Below are positions 16,789 through 26,045 of a DNA stretch of 64,000 nucleotides, one piece after another; positions within the stretch are counted from its first letter, which is position 1; the number at the start of each line of letters is the position of its first letter. Origin of the DNA: Nanobdellota archaeon (lineage in GTDB: Archaea > Nanobdellota > Nanobdellia > Pacearchaeales > GW2011-AR1); contig JBBSYF010000001.1 in NCBI GenBank assembly GCA_038045405.1, forward strand, positions 101,175 to 165,174. Direction: 5' to 3'. The notes under the pieces are model-generated. The model saw nothing but the letters and a program-made list of their open reading frames with translations. It made no database searches and was not told the DNA's origin. The position numbers were made by a program, and so were the translations under genes.

Positions 16789-18144
16789 ATGAACTTTCTT
16801 AGAAAAGGTGAGTCTGATATGAAGAATATCTTTAGAAGAATAATAAACAGAGACTTCTCAGGAAATACTGGATTAGCAATAAAAAACAGTACATACCAGT
16901 TTTCCACCAATCTCACTGGAAAATTCGGAGCTCTTATCTTTACAGTGATTTTAGCGAGGATTATTCTCCCTGAAACTTTTGGGTTATACAGTCTAGCATT
17001 GTCTACAGTAATGTTTTTCTACGTCTTTTCTGACTTAGGAGTGAACCAAGCCCTCATTTTTTTCTCAGCAAAAAATCTAAATAAAAACAAGGGGAAAGCA
17101 AAGGCATACATCAGTTATTTGTTTAAAATTAAGTTACTCCTGGCTTTGGCTTCTGCAATAATCTTAATCGTTTTAGCAAGAGCAATCTCTGAGAATTATT
17201 ACAATCAACCAATATTTCTCGTTTTAATTGCAGGTTCACTTTACATGATCTTCACAAGCCTCCAAAGTTTTTACCTGGCTCTTTCCCAATCAAATAACAA
17301 TTTTAGAAACCCTTTAATAAAAGAAATTTTCTTACAATCTTCAAGAATTATTGCCATCCCCTTGATAATTGTTTATCTCAGAAAATTTGGTCCCACAAGT
17401 TCTTCAAATGTTCTTGCCATTTTTGTCTCCTTATTAGTTATTTCTATTCTTTCTTTACTATTGTTGTACTACCTTTCACTTAAAAATCTAAAACTAAAAA
17501 ATATAAAATCTTCTAAGTTAAACAGCAGAGACACAAAAGAAATAAGGAGTTATATTTTCAAGATAGCATTGATTACCTCTTCAATTCTACTGCTTGGTAA
17601 TATTGATAAAATTATCCTTGGCCCATTTGTTTCTCCCGAATTTGTAGGTTACTACTCTGCCGCATTTAGTTTGGTTAACGCCTCCGCATTTTTAATAGTC
17701 TTTTCAGATGTATTTTTTCCTATATTTCTCAGAGCAAAAGGAGATGAACTTAAGAGAGCCTTTGAAAAATCAGTAAGAGTGACATTTTTCATTTCATTCG
17801 CCCTATTCTCCTTTATCCTCATTTTTGCAACACCTCTAGTAAAAACAATCTTTGGAGCAAACTACTCGTCTTCGATCAACATGCTTAGACTACTAGCGCC
17901 TTTGGCTATTTTGTTTCCATTAATAGAACTTTATACTAGTTACATCATCTCTAAAGGAAGTTTAGAAAAGATAAGAAAAATAGTTTTCTTTATACTTGTT
18001 ATTTCAGTAGTGTTGCCTTTCTTGTTTGTTAAACTAATGCTAAATTATGGGCCCACCTCTGCAGTGTTAGGAGTTATCTTTGGGGTTATCTTAAGTAAAG
18101 CAATTCACCTAATCTGCCTGATGTGGGTATCCAGAAAAATTTAA
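16789..18144 (+). CDS. polysaccharide/oligosaccharide flippase (Wzx/MOP superfamily)
   Basis: About 440 aa protein with at least 12 TM helices and Wzx-like topology, located in the glycan cluster. Confidence 0.6.
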   Translation: MNFLRKGESDMKNIFRRIINRDFSGNTGLAIKNSTYQFSTNLTGKFGALIFTVILARIILPETFGLYSLALSTVMFFYVFSDLGVNQALIFFSAKNLNKNKGKAKAYISYLFKIKLLLALASAIILIVLARAISENYYNQPIFLVLIAGSLYMIFTSLQSFYLALSQSNNNFRNPLIKEIFLQSSRIIAIPLIIVYLRKFGPTSSSNVLAIFVSLLVISILSLLLLYYLSLKNLKLKNIKSSKLNSRDTKEIRSYIFKIALITSSILLLGNIDKIILGPFVSPEFVGYYSAAFSLVNASAFLIVFSDVFFPIFLRAKGDELKRAFEKSVRVTFFISFALFSFILIFATPLVKTIFGANYSSSINMLRLLAPLAILFPLIELYTSYIISKGSLEKIRKIVFFILVISVVLPFLFVKLMLNYGPTSAVLGVIFGVILSKAIHLICLMWVSRKI

Positions 18145-18153
18145 ATAGATTCT

Positions 18154-18951
18154 TTGAAAAATACTATAATGAAGAAAAAAGAAAAAGAGTTTGAAGATTT
18201 CAAAAAAAAGACATTACATCCAAAAGAAGAACTCTTAGCAATTTTAACTGTAAACCCTCTTACAGTAAGAATAGCTTACTTTATAAAAAAACACAATTTG
18301 AACATTTCTCCAAATCAGGTAACTTCTATTAGACTATTTTTATTATTTCCTTTAATCACCTTCTTGTTATTCCTAGCCCCAATTATGCAATACAGACTAT
18401 TTTATCTTCTTGCTGCAATAGGTGTCTATTTTATGGCATTCACTGATGATTTAGATGGAAACATTGCTAGAGGTTTAGATAAAAAATCAAAGTATGGGGC
18501 TTTTTTAGACAGTATTGCTGACAGAGCGTACACTTTCATCCTCCTAATCTTTATTTTTTCTTTTGGTATGTGGACTAATCACACGCTTTTAATTTATGGA
18601 GCATTATTCGCTCTTACGTTAAAATCTTTTCATTTGATGATAATAAGCAAAGTATACTACTACAACCCAAATTCAAGTGTTACGACTATTTTTCCTGAAT
18701 TCTTTCAGCCAGGAAACAAAGTAATGGTTAGTCTAAACAAGATATTCAAAATAAAAAGATGGTGTGAAAATTTCGGAGGATTTGAAAGAATATTCCTAGC
18801 CTTTATGCTACCGGCGATTTTATTTTATTTTGGTTTTGAATTAATTGTCTTTGTAATGGTTTATGCTTTAACCATTTTCAATATTTACTTTTACCTTTCA
18901 AGAACCAGAAACCTCATTAGAGACTATGAAGGCGTACTAAACAAGAAGTAA
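18154..18951 (+). CDS. CDP-alcohol phosphatidyltransferase family protein
   Basis: DDLDGNIARGLDKKSKYGAFLDSIADR matches the D-G-x2-A-R-x8-G-x3-G-x3-D-x3-D motif. Confidence 0.7.
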   Translation: MKNTIMKKKEKEFEDFKKKTLHPKEELLAILTVNPLTVRIAYFIKKHNLNISPNQVTSIRLFLLFPLITFLLFLAPIMQYRLFYLLAAIGVYFMAFTDDLDGNIARGLDKKSKYGAFLDSIADRAYTFILLIFIFSFGMWTNHTLLIYGALFALTLKSFHLMIISKVYYYNPNSSVTTIFPEFFQPGNKVMVSLNKIFKIKRWCENFGGFERIFLAFMLPAILFYFGFELIVFVMVYALTIFNIYFYLSRTRNLIRDYEGVLNKK

Positions 18952-18962
18952 TTTTCTTTATC

Positions 18963-19151
18963 CTATTCTTCAATTCTAACTTGCCACCTTTGGTAGTAAT
19001 TCCCCGTCAATTGTTTGTACTCTTTAGATAAACTGTCCACCCTTCTAGAATGTTCTTTAGTTAAATCCATATGCCCTGCACTTAGTCCTCTGTCAAGTAA
19101 AAATTCTAATTCAGATTCAATGTCTTTAATTCTTTTTTGTTCAATAGACAT
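18963..19151 (-). CDS. small hypothetical protein downstream of the radical-SAM gene
   Basis: 62 aa ORF with no cysteines and no recognised family. Confidence 0.2.
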   Translation of the reverse strand: MSIEQKRIKDIESELEFLLDRGLSAGHMDLTKEHSRRVDSLSKEYKQLTGNYYQRWQVRIEE

Positions 19152-19163
19152 CTGTAAAATTTC

Positions 19164-20966
19164 CTAAATCTGTCCAACCTTCTCTTCAAGATTCTTAAGA
19201 GAACCAAATTTTCTTCCAAACCAAGCTATCTTCTTTGCATATTCTGGCACATTTCCCCCAAAGTCATCAGGCGTTATGAGTCTTCTCTTCTGTCTTTGAA
19301 TAACATCATTAGGAATAGAAATAAATCTTCTATTAATCATCTCTTCAACTTGCTTGTAAAAAAGATTAAGATCTCCTGTTACAATATCTAAAAAAGATTT
19401 TTCTTCAAGAGGCCAAACTAGATTCCCATATTTCTGATCTACTTCTCCCCAATCCCCACCGCTTAAAGCTCTATCTAAACTTCTATTTGTACGCACTACT
19501 TGTTGACCAAATACAGTCTCTGGACCTGATGAAAGAAGTCCTTCATAAAAACTTTGGTAAGAAATTCCTTGGTTTTTTAAATAAACAGCAATATCTTGGG
19601 TAAGCCCTAAAATGTGGGATGCTTGAGTTGCCCATGAGAAAAGGAATGTTCTACGAAAATCTTCAGAGGGCATGGAACTAGTTGCTATAACTGTGTCTGC
19701 ATATTCCGTAATAGGATCTTCTCCAGGTGTAGCATGATTCTGTAATATGGGTGATCTGATAGACCTTAATCCGAATTCTTTCATGTACTCTGGATCATTC
19801 ATGCCTGCATTTTCTAGAAGCGTGCACAAATAAATATTAATTCCATTATGTTGACCACTGCTAAAAAGAGTTTCTAATCCTTTCGCAAAAGTTCCGTAAG
19901 TCTCTCCTGGAAGAGCCAATATCAATTCTGTGTAAGTAGGAATACCTGCCCCTTCATATTTTGCAAGTAACTCCGATCTATTATCAAATTTTATGTTTTT
20001 TCTTTTTATGTTTTCTAATACCTGTTCATCTAAACTCTGAAGAGATAATGTAACCCCTATACCCATCCCAGCATCTGTCAATTTTTTGGCCATGTTAAAC
20101 ATTCTCTCATGAGAGTTCTTAGCCCAGTTCGCTCTTAGCTGTTGGGGATATCCCACCCTTTTTTTTAATTCAATTAAGTAATCCGTTAGCTCCTCATCTT
20201 CTTTAAACATTCCAAAATTTGCATCAGCATTGTATATCATTGGAATTTTATTTTCCGCTGTCCAATCATATTCTGCTTTAATACGCTCTTCAGAAAATTT
20301 CCTCACTTTTGTTTGCGTAGCTGACCCCCACTGACAAAATTTACAGGAAAATGGACAACCTCTATGAGTTTCGGAAGTAACGTGGAACTCTAAATCCGGA
20401 TTATTTTTAACAAGATTATCAAATTCTCCAGTCAAATAAGGTGATGGTGAACGTTCTAGTTCCTCAATTGATAGTCTCGGTCTTCCAGGCGTTTTTACAG
20501 AATTCCCTCCTTGGTTTATAGTAAGTCCAGCTATTCCCTCATAATTTGGATTTTCTTTGAGGCGTTCTCTCAAAATATCAGAAAAAATTACTTCTCCTTC
20601 CCCATGAACAAGAAGGTCTACATAAGGATGTTCTTGGAAAAAACCATCAGAGCGATCCGGAACTTGTGGTCCCCCCATGACAATTAATGAATTCGGATGT
20701 TGTCTTCTTGTTTCTTTTGCTAATACCTTGCTCCATTCCCAGTTCCAAGTATAGCTTGAGATACCTACGACATCGGGGCTATCCAAAGATTTTGCAATAC
20801 TATTTGGATCTTCCCTCAAAAAAATTGGAGTGCCAAATCTGTAAGCCTCTTTTAATTCTGGTTGCGCTTTAGCGTGAGCCTGAAGGAGCCCCACAGAATA
20901 AGGCAAAAAAACTTTGTTTTCCCCAAATTTGTTGTTAACTTGAGCAAGGTATACATTTCTTGTCAT
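19164..20966 (-). CDS. B12-binding domain / radical SAM domain protein (class B rSAM-like)
   Basis: N-terminal Rossmann-like cobalamin-binding region (VVGISSYTWNW...LIVMGGP) and a CPFSCKFCQWG CxxxCxxC cluster. Confidence 0.75.
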   Translation of the reverse strand: MTRNVYLAQVNNKFGENKVFLPYSVGLLQAHAKAQPELKEAYRFGTPIFLREDPNSIAKSLDSPDVVGISSYTWNWEWSKVLAKETRRQHPNSLIVMGGPQVPDRSDGFFQEHPYVDLLVHGEGEVIFSDILRERLKENPNYEGIAGLTINQGGNSVKTPGRPRLSIEELERSPSPYLTGEFDNLVKNNPDLEFHVTSETHRGCPFSCKFCQWGSATQTKVRKFSEERIKAEYDWTAENKIPMIYNADANFGMFKEDEELTDYLIELKKRVGYPQQLRANWAKNSHERMFNMAKKLTDAGMGIGVTLSLQSLDEQVLENIKRKNIKFDNRSELLAKYEGAGIPTYTELILALPGETYGTFAKGLETLFSSGQHNGINIYLCTLLENAGMNDPEYMKEFGLRSIRSPILQNHATPGEDPITEYADTVIATSSMPSEDFRRTFLFSWATQASHILGLTQDIAVYLKNQGISYQSFYEGLLSSGPETVFGQQVVRTNRSLDRALSGGDWGEVDQKYGNLVWPLEEKSFLDIVTGDLNLFYKQVEEMINRRFISIPNDVIQRQKRRLITPDDFGGNVPEYAKKIAWFGRKFGSLKNLEEKVGQI

Positions 20967-21189
20967 AATTTTCTTTTGCCAATTCTAAGTTATTTTTTGG
21001 AATCCTCCGGTAGTTCTATAATTTAATCCCTTTATAAGATTTATGAAGAGAAAGCGTACAAATTAACAATATTCTCTACACTTTTGAAAAGAAATGGTGA
21101 AGATTTAACGATGTAATCGAATAAAATTTTTAGTCATATGCTACTCTATTTCATAATCTTTAAAAAACAATTCACTATCTCCTTGTAAT

Positions 21190-21921
21190 ATGAAAGCTAT
21201 AATTCTTGCAGCAGGAATCAACTCAAGACTAAAAGATTACATAAACATACCAAAATGTTTGCTTCCATTAGGAGATAAAACCATACTTGAAAATCAAGTA
21301 TCTTCATTAATAAAAGCAGGTTTTAAACAGGAGGATATACTTGTCGTTGTGGGACATAAACATGAAATGATAGAAAAAGTTCATAACAACACACTATTTA
21401 ATCCAAAATTTGCAGAGTTCAATAATGGTTATAGTGTTTATCTTGCATTACAGTACATCCTTCATGAGTGTGATTTACCAGAATCAGAAAAAATTTTTAT
21501 TCTGGATGGAGATCTTGTATATGACAATAACTTAATTCTAAAAATCAGTTCATCAGATAACGAAAACATTCTTGTAAACAAACCAATCGATTACAGTTTA
21601 GAACTAAAAGATGAAATTTCTGTTTTAGACAGTAACGGAAAAATCGTAGAATTACAAATCCCTTCTCAGAAAGACCCTCTGGCCCCTGAATACTCTCAAA
21701 AGCCTCTTTACAGTTATGCTGGAATAATGAAAATTTCAAAAAACGTTGCAACACAATTACACGAAAAACTAAAAACCTCTCATCAAGGTTGGTACACTTT
21801 ATCTCTTCCAGAGATTGTTCTTAATAATGATATCTACTCTTTTGAAATCACCGAAGATTTAAAATACTGTTTTGATGTGGATACTAAAGAAGATTTAGAC
21901 AAACTTTCAAACATTAACTAA
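21190..21921 (+). CDS. LicC-family nucleotidyltransferase (CTP:phospho-alcohol cytidylyltransferase-like)
   Basis: MKAIILAAGINSRL... and FNPKFAEFNNGYSVYLA...FILDGDLVY closely parallel the LicC/PntC pattern AIILAAGLGSRF ... FNDKYADYNNFYSLYL ... VIDADN. Confidence 0.65.
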   Translation: MKAIILAAGINSRLKDYINIPKCLLPLGDKTILENQVSSLIKAGFKQEDILVVVGHKHEMIEKVHNNTLFNPKFAEFNNGYSVYLALQYILHECDLPESEKIFILDGDLVYDNNLILKISSSDNENILVNKPIDYSLELKDEISVLDSNGKIVELQIPSQKDPLAPEYSQKPLYSYAGIMKISKNVATQLHEKLKTSHQGWYTLSLPEIVLNNDIYSFEITEDLKYCFDVDTKEDLDKLSNIN

Positions 21922-21922
21922 A

Positions 21923-23038
21923 ATGCAAAAATCAAGAAAACCCTTTAAGATGTTTACTGCCGGCCCAGTAAATGTTTCAGATACTGTCAAACAATCGTTA
22001 GCATATTCTGAAATAGGACATAGAGAACCAGAATTTTCTGAGGTTTACGAAAGCATAAGGGGGAAATTGTTACAAGTATTCGGAGCTAATCCTAAAGATT
22101 ATGGCTCTTTTGTCGTCGGAGCGTCTGGCACTGGTGGAATAGAATCTGTTTTGTCAGGTACTGTCCACAGCGGTGGGGAAATGCTCGTTATTAACAATGG
22201 TGCTTTCGGAGACAGAATGGCTGAGATTTGTGAAATATACCAGATTCCCACTCTAAGAGCAGGTTATCAATGGGGACAATATCCCGACCTTAAAGGTGTA
22301 GAAAGATTAATTCTTGAAAATCCCAAAATTGAAGCCGTCTCAATGGTATTCCTTGAAACTAGTACTGGTATGACAAATCCTGTTAAAGAAGTTGGGAAGC
22401 TTTGTAAAAAGTACGAAAAGATGTTCATTGTAGATGCTGTTAGCGGATTAGCAGGTGATCCTTTAAACGTTCAAGAATCAAATATAGACTTCTGTATATC
22501 CAATACCAACAAAGGACTTTCTGGTCTACCTGTAATCTCTTTTGTTTGCGCCAAAAAAAGTTCTGTTGAGAATGTAAGAGACATTCCTCCACGAAATTTT
22601 TATTTGAGTATGTTAAAGCATTATGATTACGCCGAAAAAACAAACCAAACACCAACTACTCCTCAGATTCCACTTTTTTATATGCTTGATCAAGCATTAA
22701 CTGAATTGTTAGAAGAAGGTGTTGACAATAGACACGGAAGATATCGAGAAAATAGTAATATTATGAGGCGTCGCCTTGGTGAACTGGGTTTTAGATTTCA
22801 GCTACCTGCAGAACAAATGTCACGAGTGATGACTAATGTTTTAATTCCAAATAGTCACAAATACGAGGAGTTTCATACTCCTTTGAAAGAAAGAGGGTAC
22901 ATTGTTTATCCGGGAAAAGGCCCTCTTGAAAACAAGATTATACATATTGCAAATGTTGGCACTCATACACTCGATGATGTAAATGACTTTTGTGATGTTG
23001 TTGCAGAAATTGTAAGAGAAAAGCGAGTAAAATATTAA
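21923..23038 (+). CDS. class V aminotransferase (serine-pyruvate / 2-aminoethylphosphonate-pyruvate transaminase-like)
   Basis: PLP-lysine region SNTNKGLSGLPVISF resembles the PhnW/AGXT motif SSANKCIQGVPGF; the length of about 370 aa also fits. Confidence 0.6.
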   Translation: MQKSRKPFKMFTAGPVNVSDTVKQSLAYSEIGHREPEFSEVYESIRGKLLQVFGANPKDYGSFVVGASGTGGIESVLSGTVHSGGEMLVINNGAFGDRMAEICEIYQIPTLRAGYQWGQYPDLKGVERLILENPKIEAVSMVFLETSTGMTNPVKEVGKLCKKYEKMFIVDAVSGLAGDPLNVQESNIDFCISNTNKGLSGLPVISFVCAKKSSVENVRDIPPRNFYLSMLKHYDYAEKTNQTPTTPQIPLFYMLDQALTELLEEGVDNRHGRYRENSNIMRRRLGELGFRFQLPAEQMSRVMTNVLIPNSHKYEEFHTPLKERGYIVYPGKGPLENKIIHIANVGTHTLDDVNDFCDVVAEIVREKRVKY

Positions 23039-23039
23039 C

Positions 23040-24155
23040 TTATTTCTCTTCCCTTTTTCTTTCAGGAAATAATCTTTGTATTTCTTCCTCAGATGCCCCG
23101 CAGATTCCTCTTTCAGTAATCAATCCGGTTATCAATCTAGCCGGAGTCACGTCAAAACCGTAATTTACAGCAGGGCTTTCTTCAGGAGTTACTAAAACTC
23201 TTTTCAATTCTCCCTCATGTAAACCTTCAACATAACTTACTTCCTCGGCATCCCTTTCTTCAATAGGAATTTCTTTCACTCCATCTTTAAGATTCCAATC
23301 AAAAGTTGATGAAGGGAGGGCAACGTAGAAAGGAACATTATTGTCTTTTGCAGATAATGCCTTAAGATATGTCCCTATCTTGTTAGCAACATCTCCAGTG
23401 TGGGTAACTCTATCTGCACCGACGATACAAGCATCTACCATTCCGTGTTGCATCAAATGTCCTCCAACATTATCCGAGATTACATGGTGTGGAACTCTAT
23501 GATTGAGTAACTCCCATGCTGTTAGTTTAGCTCCCTGATTTCTAGGTCTTGTTTCATCAACCCAAACATGAACTTTTATTCCAGCATCAAATGCAGCATA
23601 AACTGGAGCAAGTGCAGAACCGTAATCTACAAATGCTAACCAACCCGCATTACAGTGTGTTAGAATATTTACTGGTTCTCCACTTTTCTCTTTGCTTAGT
23701 CTTTTGATTATCTCTAAACCCTCTTGCCCAATTCTTCTACAGTATTCTGCATCCTCATCAGCAATTTTATTTGCCGTCTTTAATGCAACTTCTACTTTTT
23801 CTTCAAGCCCATTTACAGAGCTTATTTCTTTTATCTGTCTGTCGACGGCCAATGCAAGATTAATAGCTGTAGGTCTTGTTCTTTTAAGTTTTTCTCCAGA
23901 CTTTATCAAAAAGTTATCAAAATTATGGCTAGGGGCCTCAAGAGCTGCAAGGTACATTCCATATCCTGCTGTGGCTCCGATAAGACCTGCACCCCTCACA
24001 TGCATATCCTTAATTGCTGTTGTTGCATCTCTAACGGTTCTTAAATTTTCAATTACAAATTTATGTGGAAGATATCTCTGATCTATTATTTTGACTGTGG
24101 AATTCTCTTCTTCTGATAACCAAATTGTTTTGTAAGGAATACCTTTTACTCTCAT
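23040..24155 (-). CDS. eIF-2B alpha/beta/delta family isomerase (MtnA / ribose-1,5-bisphosphate isomerase-like)
   Basis: RGAGLIGATAGYGMYLA...VGADRV...NKIGT pattern of the MTR-1-P isomerase / aIF-2B family. Confidence 0.7.
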   Translation of the reverse strand: MRVKGIPYKTIWLSEEENSTVKIIDQRYLPHKFVIENLRTVRDATTAIKDMHVRGAGLIGATAGYGMYLAALEAPSHNFDNFLIKSGEKLKRTRPTAINLALAVDRQIKEISSVNGLEEKVEVALKTANKIADEDAEYCRRIGQEGLEIIKRLSKEKSGEPVNILTHCNAGWLAFVDYGSALAPVYAAFDAGIKVHVWVDETRPRNQGAKLTAWELLNHRVPHHVISDNVGGHLMQHGMVDACIVGADRVTHTGDVANKIGTYLKALSAKDNNVPFYVALPSSTFDWNLKDGVKEIPIEERDAEEVSYVEGLHEGELKRVLVTPEESPAVNYGFDVTPARLITGLITERGICGASEEEIQRLFPERKREEK

Positions 24156-24218
24156 ATAACCAAGGCTAAGAGGACATCTTTAAAACTCTTATGATACAAA
24201 AAACTAGTAAATTCTATT

Positions 24219-25508
24219 ATGTACTTCTCTTTAATAAACTTTAATAAGGATATTTCAAAAGTATTTTTGTATAAGATGATACTTTATTTTGATAATCGAA
24301 TAACTGACATTCAGCTGATGCCGAAAGGTTCCTACGCAGAACTTGACACAATTAGGGAATCTAATTCTAATTATAAGTTTCAAGATAGACTAGCCGTTAC
24401 AATGTACTCTCTTGCAAGCCATGCAGATATTCCATGGACAGATGTGATTATTAAGTACGAACTCTCTCCGGCGAACAAGAAGAAACAAAAAATATTTGAA
24501 AAATTTGTAAAAAAGATATGGCCCGAAGCCAAAATTATTTATGGGCAAAGTGTTAAAATAAGTCAGTATAGAGAAATCGCTAAAATAATAAACAACAGCA
24601 AAGACAATTGGATTTTTTATGCTGCTAATAATGATCATCCTTTTATGTCTCCTGATAAAGAAATGCTCAACAAATGTCTCAGAAAAGCTGAAGAATTGAC
24701 TAAAAAGCACAAGTATGTTTCAGTTGTTTATTCCCATTTTCCTGAACCATTACATATGGCTAGAGAAGGAACAACGCTTCATGATATAGGATTCCCAGCC
24801 TCAAAAATACTTGAAGAGAATAAAGATACCATAGTGGCTTTATTCCCAAAAGGGTATACTACTTCGATGCAAATTGCCAACAAAAATTTGTTTAATCATT
24901 GGGTCAATGGAAATATTCCTGAATCTGCACCAATATGGAAACTAGAAAATGTTTATAATTATATTCCTAAAAGAAAAAGGCCGCCCCAAATACTAGTATT
25001 ACCAAAAAGGCCGCTTTTTGCTCACTTTGATGGATACAGCCATAACAAAGGAACGGGATATCTTGTTTCTGCCTCACTTGTTCCCCCCTTATTTATTCCA
25101 CCCGGATTTTTTGAAAATAAAATAAAAATAGCTTATGGGTATGACAAAATGAGGGAAGGATGGGTTAACATAAATCCTTTAAAGAAAAAATATTCTTTTG
25201 AAGATTCTGTTAACGGAACAGATTTAATGATAACCTTGAAAGATTTACCCTTGTTTTGGAAAAATAGAATAAAAGAAATAGACATTAATCCAAAAGCCGA
25301 CTTAAAAAAGTTGGAAGATGCTGCAGCTAGAAGAAAAAATAAAATAGAGAATGCTTACTTCAAAAGAAGTATTTGGAATTTTCCCCTTTATGAAGCATAT
25401 GTCTATCAATTTCGAATAAGAAATTTGATAAAAAGAGTGCTTTCAACAATTAAGCCGATTAAAGAAACAATAAGAAAGATAGAGATAAAATACAAGATAA
25501 AATTGTGA
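24219..25508 (+). CDS. hypothetical protein, possibly a glycosyl- or phospho-transferase
   Basis: 429 aa ORF embedded in the glycan cluster next to a KdsC-like phosphatase. Family not recognised. Confidence 0.3.
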   Translation: MYFSLINFNKDISKVFLYKMILYFDNRITDIQLMPKGSYAELDTIRESNSNYKFQDRLAVTMYSLASHADIPWTDVIIKYELSPANKKKQKIFEKFVKKIWPEAKIIYGQSVKISQYREIAKIINNSKDNWIFYAANNDHPFMSPDKEMLNKCLRKAEELTKKHKYVSVVYSHFPEPLHMAREGTTLHDIGFPASKILEENKDTIVALFPKGYTTSMQIANKNLFNHWVNGNIPESAPIWKLENVYNYIPKRKRPPQILVLPKRPLFAHFDGYSHNKGTGYLVSASLVPPLFIPPGFFENKIKIAYGYDKMREGWVNINPLKKKYSFEDSVNGTDLMITLKDLPLFWKNRIKEIDINPKADLKKLEDAAARRKNKIENAYFKRSIWNFPLYEAYVYQFRIRNLIKRVLSTIKPIKETIRKIEIKYKIKL

Positions 25509-25562
25509 TTTAATACAACTTATTATCATAATCTTTATAAGTTAGAACAAAGAGCAATTATT

Positions 25563-26045
25563 ATGGAAGAGTCTAAGAAAAAACTTAATCTGATAATAGA
25601 CATTGACGGAGTAATGACTACTGGTCAATTCCTCTATTCTGAAAAAGGCAAAGCGTTCAAAGTCTTTGGCCCTCATGACTCGGACGGCCTTAAAATAATA
25701 AAAGATAAAATCAACATCCTCTTCATAACTGCAGACAAACGCGGTTTTAAAATCTCTAAAAAAAGAATCGACGACATGGGATACAAAATTGAACTTGTCA
25801 AGGACGGAAGCAGGTATGAATGGATAAAAAGTAATTTTGGTCTTGAAAATGTAATCTTCATTGGGGATGGGATTTCTGATGCTTTGGTAATCAGAGATTG
25901 TAGGTTTGGGATTGCTCCTGCAAATGCAAGAGTTGAAGCAAAGAAGTGGGCAAAGTACATAACACCCTCCAAATCAGCTGAAGGTGCTGTTTGTGATGCA
26001 TGCATAAAAATTAATAAGGTTTTCTTCGGTGGTAAGAACAATTAA
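25563..26045 (+). CDS. KdsC-family HAD-IIIA sugar-acid phosphate phosphatase
   Basis: LIIDIDGVMTTG HAD motif I and ...IGDGISD motif; the size of about 160 aa is typical of KdsC/NeuA-associated phosphatases. Confidence 0.65.
   Translation: MEESKKKLNLIIDIDGVMTTGQFLYSEKGKAFKVFGPHDSDGLKIIKDKINILFITADKRGFKISKKRIDDMGYKIELVKDGSRYEWIKSNFGLENVIFIGDGISDALVIRDCRFGIAPANARVEAKKWAKYITPSKSAEGAVCDACIKINKVFFGGKNN

Noticed and set aside
18963-19151. Small ORF downstream of the B12-radical SAM gene as a possible RiPP precursor peptide
   Set aside because: The peptide has no Cys, Ser/Thr-rich core or leader-like features, and the rSAM is a B12-binding class B type (methyltransferase-like) rather than a SPASM/twitch RiPP maturase. 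It is kept only as a low-confidence hypothetical CDS.
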